This document shows positions 36,430 to 43,243 of a stretch of 64,000 nt of DNA, piece by piece. The DNA lies in NCBI GenBank assembly GCA_040902195.1, contig JBBDXS010000014.1:256457-320456 (forward strand). Direction: 5' to 3'. Position 1 is the stretch's first letter. Every line of letters starts with the position of its first letter. The notes below the pieces were generated by a model. The model worked only from the letters and a program-made list of their open reading frames with translations, was not told the origin of the DNA and made no database searches. Source of the DNA: Dehalococcoidia bacterium (lineage in GTDB: Bacteria > Chloroflexota > Dehalococcoidia > DSTF01 > RBG-16-68-14). The position numbers were made by a program, and so were the translations under genes.

Positions 36430-37149
36430 CTACCCTGCGATCGCGGCCTCTTGCGCGGCGAGAAGCTGGCGGATTCCCCCACCCGCCATCGAGAGCAGCG
36501 TGTCCATCTCTTCGCGCGAGAACGAGTGCTCCTCCGCGGTGCCCTGCACCTCGACGAAGCGGCCGTCGCCCGTCATGACGACGTTGAAGTCGACCTGCGC
36601 AGCGGCGTCCTCTTCGTAGCAGAGGTCGAGCAGCGCGACGCCTTCCAGGATACCAACGCTGGTCGCGGCAACGGCCGTCGAGAACGGCACGGACGAGAGG
36701 TCGCCCGCGTCGACGAGTTTTTGAAACGCCAAATAGAGCGCGACGTACGCGCCGGTGATCGATGCCGTGCGCGTGCCGCCGTCCGCTTTGATCACATCGC
36801 AATCGATGGTGAACGTGCGCTCCCCCAGAATGTCGAGGTTCGTGACGGCGCGCAGCGCGCGGCCGATCAGCCGCTGGATCTCCATCGTGCGGCCGCCTTG
36901 TTTGCCGCGCGCGGCCTCGCGGTCGGTACGCTCCTTCGTCGAGCGAGGGAGCATGCCGTACTCCGCCGTTACCCAGCCGGAGCCGGTGGCGCGGAGGAAC
37001 TGGGGCACGCGTGGCTCCATGCTCACGGCGCAGAGCACCTGCGTGCCGGCCATCTCGATCATGACGGAGCCTTCCGCCCAGGGAAGGTAGCCCGTCGTGA
37101 TCGTGACGGGGCGCAGCTCGTCCGTCTTCCGGCCATCAATGCGTTCCAT
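36430..37149 (-). CDS. rph: Ribonuclease PH
   Basis: [13 protein letters not shown]...[10 protein letters not shown]...[12 protein letters not shown]...[17 protein letters not shown]. Confidence 0.9.
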   Translation of the reverse strand: MERIDGRKTDELRPVTITTGYLPWAEGSVMIEMAGTQVLCAVSMEPRVPQFLRATGSGWVTAEYGMLPRSTKERTDREAARGKQGGRTMEIQRLIGRALRAVTNLDILGERTFTIDCDVIKADGGTRTASITGAYVALYLAFQKLVDAGDLSSVPFSTAVAATSVGILEGVALLDLCYEEDAAAQVDFNVVMTGDGRFVEVQGTAEEHSFSREEMDTLLSMAGGGIRQLLAAQEAAIAG

Positions 37150-37162
37150 ATCGCGAGTATCG

Positions 37163-37218
37163 CAGGGTCAGGTGTCCAGGGTCTAGGGTCTGGGGCCGGG
37201 GAGCCCGGGTCTGGTGTC
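37163..37218 (+). repeat. Heptanucleotide tandem repeat (NNGGGTC-type x8) containing a G3+ quadruplex-type motif
   Basis: CAGGGTC AGGTGTC CAGGGTC TAGGGTC TGGGGCC GGGGAGC CCGGGTC TGGTGTC. Lies in the divergent region between rph and the GGDEF gene. Confidence 0.8.
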
Positions 37219-37387
37219 CTCGGCGATAGGCGGCGGAGGCCACGCCGGTCCGCCCCTTCAATCCTGAATCAACCCGGCTTCCAATCTGCTGCGGTTCCCC
37301 TGGGGGAAACCCTCCGAATCCAGGATTGGGGCGGCATCTCTCTAAGCGGCGGGGAGGGCCGACTATCTACTATAGAGGGCTTAGCGC

Positions 37388-40150
37388 TTGAGCAGATTCC
37401 GAAGCGTCTCGGCTAATCGAGTCGTCATGCTCACTGTGGGCATGGTGGCGCTGGCAGGCATCGTGGTGAGCGCTGCCTCCTATTTCCGCGCGGGCCAAGT
37501 TTCGGACGATTACAACGACGCCATGAAGGCGGACCTGCGGAACAAAGGCCTGGCGTACGGACAAACGGCGCAGTCCCTGCTCGATCTCGTGCGCACGACA
37601 TCGCCTGAGGCGTTTGCGGCGCTGGTCCAGCAGACCGCGGAAAACCCGGAGGGCATCTTCACCTCCTACAGCGCGGACGAACAGGGGCAGTCGCAAGATG
37701 AGCTCCTGGCCCTTGGCGTGTGGGTGGGCAACCCGTCGACGGCAGAGAGTTACACACCGTTCTTCTGGCACGATCTCGCGGGACGCCAGACGAGCGCAGA
37801 GAATCCCGTGGTCCAATCGCTCTTAGCCGAGACGGCCATCACGCAGGAGCCCGCAACGCGCGTCGACGACAAGAACCACGGCCTTCTCTACACCCTCGCG
37901 GTCAAGCTGAACGACGAAAGCAGCGCCGTCGCCGTTGTGACGCTCGATGCGAGCCAGGAGTTCGCGTTCATCTCAGCACAGCAATCGAAGAGCACGCGCG
38001 GCACGATCGAGTTCGCGGCGGCCAGCATCCTTTTCGTAGGCGTCGTTGCGGGTGCCTTGAGCCTGTTGCTCTCGAGATCGCTTACCAACCGCAAGAACGC
38101 GGAGGAAGCGCTCCGCGATAGCGAAGTGCGCTACCGCACGCTCGCAGAGCTGGCGCCAGCCGGCGTCTTCCGCACCGACATGCAGGGCAGGACGCTGTAC
38201 GGCAACGAGCGCGCCCAGGACCTCTTCGGCCAGGAGCCTGATCCCGGAGGCGGCCCGCTCTGGACGAGGAGCGTCCATCCGGAACAGCAGGAGCGCGTCC
38301 GGGCCGAATGGCAGGACGCGGTCAAGCGCGGAACCGACTTCCAATCGGAGTGCCGTCTGGCCGATGTCGATGGCCGGGCCGTCTGGATCCAGGCCCAGCT
38401 CGCGCCGGAGCGCGAGCCGGGCGGCAAGATCATCGCCTATGTAGGAACGGCGGCGGACATCACGGAACGCGTCCTGATGGAGGAGACGCTGCGCGAGCAG
38501 GCGCTGCGCGATCGACTAACAGGGCTGCTCAACCACGCAGCGATCATGGATGAGCTCGAGCGCCTGATCGGCTCCGCGGAGCACGGCCGCTTCGCAGTCG
38601 CAATGATCGACGTCGACGACATGAAGTCGATGAACGACACGTATGGCCATCCGATCGGCGACCAGGCGCTGTACTGCGTCGGACAAGCGCTGAAGCGGAA
38701 CGGCGCAACCGTCGGGCGATACGGCGGCGACGAGTTCGTCGTAATCCTGCCCGGTCACGACCGCGCCGCGGCGGCTGACTACCGCCGCGAGGTGCTCGAC
38801 GAGCTTGCGGAGACGGGCCTGGTCGATCCCGCGACAGCATCGCATGTGCCTGTGGCCATCACGGTGGGCTTCTCTCTCTACCCGGAGGAGGCAGAGACTG
38901 TCGCCGACCTGATCCGGCTGGCGGACAGCGCGATGTACGCGGAGCGCCGCGAGCGAGCGGCGGCGCATGCCGGCAGAGCGCGCAGCAGCGCGACCGTTGA
39001 GGACAGAGCAGCAGCGATGATCGGCGAGATCGTCCCGCTGCTCACGTCGGCAGGCGACACGCAGTCGAAGCTGCAGAGCGTCGCTCACCGATTGGTGCTG
39101 GGCCTTGGCTACGACGGCGTCTCCATCATGCTGTTTTCCGCGGAACCGGGGGGTCCGGCGGTCTCGAGCACGGTCGCCAGAGTGGCCGATCAGCTGGTCG
39201 ACGCGTGGGACGAGGAACAAGCGCAGGACGGAGAGGCCTCCCGCCTCCGCACGCTGCTCGAGCAGGTGCAACGCCCCTTCATCATCGATAACCTATCGGA
39301 CGACGAACGGCTGAGCCCGAAGCAGCGCGAGCTGCTGCAGAACGCGGAGCTGCGCTCGGGGCTGGTGGTGCCGATGTTCCGTCAGGGGCACACGCTCGGC
39401 GCGATCGCGGTTGGTAGCAGGCAGCCAGCAGCGTTCGGCGCGGACGACGCGCGCCTCCTCACTTCCGTGTCCGGGCAGGTGACCGCGATCGTGCACATGG
39501 CAGCGCTGGTCGAGGAGCTGCAAGTCGCGTCGACAAGTCTCGGAGAAGCGCGCAGCGAGGCCGTCGTGCTGCTCGCCGCCGCGGCGGAGGCGCACGATCC
39601 GACGACGGGCCGCCATCTCCAGAGCGTCCGGCATCTCGCGGAGGCCATCGCGCGGGAGCTGGGACATCCCGCGCCGGACGCGGAGGCGATCGGTCTGGCG
39701 GCCGTGCTACACGATATCGGCAAGATCCGCGTGCCCGACAGCATCCTCACGAGCCCGACCGAGCTGACGATCCAGCAGTGGGACGTGATGCGGCGCCACA
39801 CGACGTGGGGCGCGGACTTCCTCGCGGGCCGCGAAGGGTTCGCGCTGGCCGCCATCATCGCGCGCGGCCACCACGAACGATGGGACGGCACGGGCTACCC
39901 GGACCGTCTGTCGGGAGACGACATCCCCGAGGCGGCCGCGATCGTCGCCGTCGCCGACTGCTTCGACGCGATCACGCAGGACCGGCCGTACCAGAGCGCG
40001 CAGCCCGTCGAGTGGGCGGTGCGCGAAATATCAGCATCCTCAGGAAAGCAGTTCAGCCCGCGCGTCGTCGACGCGCTCTTGCGGCTGCACGAACGCGGCC
40101 AGCTGGCGCCGTTCGCTCCGGACGGGGCCGAACAGCAGAAGGCCGCGTAG
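37388..40150 (+). CDS. Membrane sensor with PAS, GGDEF, GAF and HD-GYP domains (c-di-GMP synthesis and degradation)
   Basis: Two TM segments flank a periplasmic region, then a PAS domain. GGDEF is intact (RYGGDEFVV). A GAF domain follows, then HD-GYP (LHDIGK, HHERWDGTGYP). Start is TTG 37388 or ATG 37427. Confidence 0.85.
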   Translation: MSRFRSVSANRVVMLTVGMVALAGIVVSAASYFRAGQVSDDYNDAMKADLRNKGLAYGQTAQSLLDLVRTTSPEAFAALVQQTAENPEGIFTSYSADEQGQSQDELLALGVWVGNPSTAESYTPFFWHDLAGRQTSAENPVVQSLLAETAITQEPATRVDDKNHGLLYTLAVKLNDESSAVAVVTLDASQEFAFISAQQSKSTRGTIEFAAASILFVGVVAGALSLLLSRSLTNRKNAEEALRDSEVRYRTLAELAPAGVFRTDMQGRTLYGNERAQDLFGQEPDPGGGPLWTRSVHPEQQERVRAEWQDAVKRGTDFQSECRLADVDGRAVWIQAQLAPEREPGGKIIAYVGTAADITERVLMEETLREQALRDRLTGLLNHAAIMDELERLIGSAEHGRFAVAMIDVDDMKSMNDTYGHPIGDQALYCVGQALKRNGATVGRYGGDEFVVILPGHDRAAAADYRREVLDELAETGLVDPATASHVPVAITVGFSLYPEEAETVADLIRLADSAMYAERRERAAAHAGRARSSATVEDRAAAMIGEIVPLLTSAGDTQSKLQSVAHRLVLGLGYDGVSIMLFSAEPGGPAVSSTVARVADQLVDAWDEEQAQDGEASRLRTLLEQVQRPFIIDNLSDDERLSPKQRELLQNAELRSGLVVPMFRQGHTLGAIAVGSRQPAAFGADDARLLTSVSGQVTAIVHMAALVEELQVASTSLGEARSEAVVLLAAAAEAHDPTTGRHLQSVRHLAEAIARELGHPAPDAEAIGLAAVLHDIGKIRVPDSILTSPTELTIQQWDVMRRHTTWGADFLAGREGFALAAIIARGHHERWDGTGYPDRLSGDDIPEAAAIVAVADCFDAITQDRPYQSAQPVEWAVREISASSGKQFSPRVVDALLRLHERGQLAPFAPDGAEQQKAA

Positions 40151-40181
40151 GCGAGCGAATTTCGCAGCGTACGAGCCAAGT

Positions 40182-40295
40182 GTTCGAGGCTCGACGTTCG
40201 AAGTTCGAGGCTGCTTGGGGCGAGGTCTCGTCAGGCGTGATGCGTTGTCAAGAAGCGCAAGGTGGCGGGAAGCCTGAAGGCTTCCCCTACAACAG
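40182..40295 (+). repeat. Solo diverged copy of the 118-bp unit (GTTCGAG heptads ... GGGAAGCC-TGAA-GGCTTCCC-CTAC)
   Basis: Same architecture and ends as the 17592-18089 units. The hairpin stem carries compensatory changes. Confidence 0.8.
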
Positions 40296-40309
40296 CTAGC
40301 GCCCAGCCT

Positions 40310-40927
40310 CTAGCTACAGGTGACTGAGCCGTCGACGACGTTGGCGGGACGCTCGGTGGGGGCGCCGAGGGTGCCGTCGGCGAGGACGTCGAGCGACAGC
40401 GTGAGCGGGCTGGTGCCGGCCGTTTCGCAGCGGAACGTCAACGTGCCCAGGACGATATCGCCCGTGAGCCCCTCCGCGACGGCGCCGGCGATGCGGACCG
40501 TGTCGTCGGCGAAGGCGTCGTTGCAGACGTTGGTGCCGCCGGCCGTATCAGCGTTGCAGTTCGTAATCGAGACGACGCTGGCGTCGTACGTAATATCGAC
40601 GGTCCAGGCGCCGAGGCCCGGGTCGGGGAAGTCCGTGAGCGTCACGTTGGCGTCGATGTCGGCGCCGGTAGCGGCGGTTACCGCGTCTGCGGCGACCGTG
40701 GCGTCGGTGGGGCCTGGCTCCGGGAGGTCCTCGCGAGAGATGCCGGCAGGCGCCGGCCCGTCGCCGCCGTTGCCGCCGGACTCCTCGTCGGTCTGGGCGG
40801 GGCCGGGCGTGCCGTTGCTGGCCTTGTCCTTGCTATCGCCGCCGCAGGCCATCGCGAACACAAGCGCCGCTACGGCAAGCAGCGCCACGATGAAGAACAG
40901 GGGCCTCGGGCTAAGCGAGCGGGACAT
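40310..40927 (-). CDS. Lipoprotein with cohesin-like domain
   Basis: Lipobox VFAMACGG, a low-complexity linker, then LGAWTVDITYDASVVSI...VRIAGAVAEGLTGDIVLGTLTFRC...PLTLSLDVLAD, which resembles cohesin beta-sandwich repeats. Confidence 0.55.
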   Translation of the reverse strand: MSRSLSPRPLFFIVALLAVAALVFAMACGGDSKDKASNGTPGPAQTDEESGGNGGDGPAPAGISREDLPEPGPTDATVAADAVTAATGADIDANVTLTDFPDPGLGAWTVDITYDASVVSITNCNADTAGGTNVCNDAFADDTVRIAGAVAEGLTGDIVLGTLTFRCETAGTSPLTLSLDVLADGTLGAPTERPANVVDGSVTCS

Positions 40928-41060
40928 ACGTAGGAAAGTATAGCGAGGGGGGAGGTAGGGGCAAGCGAGGAAGGGAGTGTGCCGTCTGTCATACCTTGTT
41001 GTAGACTGTGGGCCACTAAGTCTGAGGCGGCATAACCTAAGTCTGTGAGGGACTCCGCAA

Positions 41061-42404
41061 ATGGAAGGCGACACCTGGCAGCGGTCACGGCTAATTCCCA
41101 CCTCCGGAATTGGGGGTCAAGAAGAGAAGGAAAGGCGCGCAACGTCTGCTTTTCTCGCGGTGCTCGGGGCCGTGAAGGAGTTCGGGCGCGCTGTTCTCCA
41201 ACCTCTCGGTGCACCAGCCGGCACTATCGACACCTACTGCGAAGTAACCTTTGCGATGGACGATGGTCGAAAGCTACGCACCGACGGTGTAGTCACTGCA
41301 AGACGCGGAAACAAGACCTGGACTCTCCTCGTTGAGGTCAAGACCGGGGCGGTTGAACTGACCCAGCAACAGGTGGAGTCATACCTGGAGATTGTTAGAG
41401 ACCGCAAGTTCGATGGACTACTGACCATCAGCAATCAAATCGTGCATACGGTTAACCAACATCCAATTCGAGTTGACGGCAAGAGGTTCGGTCGAATGCC
41501 GCTCTATCACCTCTCGTGGGTGCGAATCCTCACGATTGCCCAAATGGTGAAGGAGCACCAAGGTGTTAGCGATCCCGATCAAGCTTGGATCTTGGGCGAA
41601 CTCATACGTTACCTCGAGTTCGAAGGGTCCGGTGCCGTCATGTTTGACGACATGGGAGCGCATTGGCCGACGATTCGAGAGGCGGTGCGACATCAAACGC
41701 TGCGCGCCGCGGACGAAGGCGTTCGAGAGACTACCGTGAGATGGGACCAACTCATCCAATACATCTGCCTGCGACTAGCCTCGAGACTAGGTCGAGAAGT
41801 TCGCCCGCTGCTGACCCGAAGGGAGATAGAGAATCCAGAAAGCCGGATCAATGCCATAGTTCATGACCTGACGCAAGACGGTACTCTTTCAGCGGCTGTA
41901 CGCATTCCTGACACTATAGGTCCCCTGCAAATCAGGGCTAATATTCGGACAATGATGGCAGAGGTTTCGGTGGACGTGGAGGCTCCAGACCTGAAGCGGC
42001 CAGCAGCGCGAGTCAACTGGCTGGTTCGCCAACTGAGGAACGCACCCGCGGGGACACGAATCGACGCAGCCTTTCTTTGGGCTCGGGAAACCACGTCGGA
42101 ACTGTTGAGTGCCGTTTCGGAGGATCCCAAGAAGCTGTTGGCAGGCAACAGCCGTCCTCCCAGTTCGTTTAGGTTGGCTACGAGCAAGGCGTTAGGCACC
42201 AAGCGAAAGTCGGGCAAGGGTAGTTTCATAACAGACTTGTCCTCCCTTGTGGACAACTTCTATAGAGATGTCGTGCAAGACTTGAAGCCTTGGAGCCAAC
42301 CGGCACCACAGTTACCTCCCGAAGAAGGAGTGCCAGCCGGTTCAGCGGCTGTACTTGAAGGGACTGAACGCCTCGAAGCCGAGCTTTCGCCTCGCTCACC
42401 CTAA
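41061..42404 (+). CDS. Hypothetical protein with N-terminal PD-(D/E)xK nuclease-like core and ~330-aa uncharacterised C-terminal region
   Basis: E(22-24)...RTD75GVV...LLVE92VK94TG...QQQ follows the order and spacing of the restriction-endonuclease fold. Lower GC than the flanks. No family assignment was possible by eye. Confidence 0.5.
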   Translation: MEGDTWQRSRLIPTSGIGGQEEKERRATSAFLAVLGAVKEFGRAVLQPLGAPAGTIDTYCEVTFAMDDGRKLRTDGVVTARRGNKTWTLLVEVKTGAVELTQQQVESYLEIVRDRKFDGLLTISNQIVHTVNQHPIRVDGKRFGRMPLYHLSWVRILTIAQMVKEHQGVSDPDQAWILGELIRYLEFEGSGAVMFDDMGAHWPTIREAVRHQTLRAADEGVRETTVRWDQLIQYICLRLASRLGREVRPLLTRREIENPESRINAIVHDLTQDGTLSAAVRIPDTIGPLQIRANIRTMMAEVSVDVEAPDLKRPAARVNWLVRQLRNAPAGTRIDAAFLWARETTSELLSAVSEDPKKLLAGNSRPPSSFRLATSKALGTKRKSGKGSFITDLSSLVDNFYRDVVQDLKPWSQPAPQLPPEEGVPAGSAAVLEGTERLEAELSPRSP

Positions 42405-42406
42405 GT

Positions 42407-42446
42407 CCCCTACCGCTCCGTCTCTACCCAGAGCCGCGTGCCGTCC
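42407..42446 (-). repeat. Direct repeat, left copy: relic duplicate of the comEC 3' end (reads DGTRLWVETER-stop)
   Basis: 36 of 40 nt identical to 43204-43243. Confidence 0.85.
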
Positions 42447-42455
42447 CGCGCGCGG

Positions 42456-42902
42456 CTACTTGTCCGCAACGCGACGGCGGCGGCGCGAAGGGACGGTGTA
42501 TTCGGCGGCGGCTGGTGAGGAGCCGGCGAGCTTCTCGGCGAGGGCCTGACCGATCCACTGATTGAGGCTGACGCCCTCACTCATCGCCCGGAGCGCCGAG
42601 GAGCGATGAAGGTCGCTGGAGATCCGGAGCGGAAATCTGCCGCTGTACTCCTTTAGGCCGACCGGCTCCGGGACGGAGTACCCCCGGTCCAAGAGCGAGG
42701 CGATGTAGCCGCTCATCGCGTCGTCGAGGTTGGCCATTGCCTCATCCGCGGTGTCACCCTGGGTGATGCAGCCGGGCAGCTCGAGGACTTCCGCGATGAA
42801 GCCGCCCTCATCGGGGTCTAGAATGAGCATGCGCGTGTAGGGCATGCGGAGATATGCTACGACCGCCTCGTCGACCGGTGCCTGGACGTCCCTAGGACTC
42901 AT
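42456..42902 (-). CDS. hicB: HicB family antitoxin (UPF0150 domain plus C-terminal RHH-like DNA-binding part)
   Basis: GGFIAEVLELPGCITQGDTADEAMANLDDAM, then YSGRFPLRISSDLHRSSALRAMSEGVSLNQWI. Confidence 0.75.
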   Translation of the reverse strand: MSPRDVQAPVDEAVVAYLRMPYTRMLILDPDEGGFIAEVLELPGCITQGDTADEAMANLDDAMSGYIASLLDRGYSVPEPVGLKEYSGRFPLRISSDLHRSSALRAMSEGVSLNQWIGQALAEKLAGSSPAAAEYTVPSRRRRRVADK

Positions 42903-43155
42903 GCTGTTCCTCCTCTTCAAGCAGGCCCTTCTCCAACCGGACGAGAAACCGCAGCACGATCCATCCATTCACGTTGCGGCTGTGCCTGGGGATCGGTGGC
43001 AGCGGCTCTCGTACTCCCTCCTTCACGTAGAAGATGTGGCTCCCCGTCGTTCGGTCGTGTGTGTAGCCTGCGGCCTTCGCTATGCTCTCCAGCTCGCGTG
43101 GCTTCACATTGTGCTTCCGCCGGCGCAACTCCTCGATCCGCTTCAGGACATCCAT
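42892..43155 (-). CDS. hicA: HicA-like mRNA interferase toxin
   Basis: VKPRELESIAKAAGY...GSHIFY...IPRH follows the HicA/YcfA pattern. Overlaps the hicB start by 11 nt. Confidence 0.65.
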   Translation of the reverse strand: MDVLKRIEELRRRKHNVKPRELESIAKAAGYTHDRTTGSHIFYVKEGVREPLPPIPRHSRNVNGWIVLRFLVRLEKGLLEEEEQHES

Positions 43156-43169
43156 GCCCTACTGCCGAT

Positions 43170-43197
43170 ATGATATCATATACGATATCATTGTCAA
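43170..43197 (-). promoter_or_regulatory. hicAB promoter/operator (TTGACA-16 nt-TATCAT on the minus strand) with palindrome ATATGATATCATAT
   Basis: AT-rich 45-nt patch. A perfect 14-nt palindrome at 43168-43181 overlaps the -10. ATGATATC is repeated directly. Confidence 0.45.
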
Positions 43198-43203
43198 GCT
43201 CTC

Positions 43204-43243
43204 CCCCTACCGCTCCGTGTGCACCCATAGCCGCGTGCCGTCC
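43204..43243 (-). repeat. Direct repeat, right copy (the functional comEC 3' end, DGTRLWVHTER-stop)
   Basis: 36 of 40 nt identical to 42407-42446. Confidence 0.85.

Noticed and set aside
37179-37201. Canonical G-quadruplex motif GGG-N4-GGG-N3-GGGG-N2-GGGG as a regulatory element
   Set aside because: In DNA this GC-rich, such motifs arise often by chance. Here it is simply part of the NNGGGTC heptad array, so it is not scored separately.
37220-37387. Possible c-di-GMP riboswitch upstream of the GGDEF/HD-GYP gene
   Set aside because: Only a generic hairpin with a GGAAACC segment is present. The paired GNRA-tetraloop/receptor helices and conserved GEMM nucleotides could not be identified. It is kept only as an unexplained inverted repeat.
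41036-42407. 8-bp direct repeat CCTAAGTC flanking the PD-(D/E)xK gene as a target-site duplication
   Set aside because: A single 8-mer match over 1.4 kb is weak evidence and there are no terminal inverted repeats. It is mentioned in the finding but not called a mobile element.
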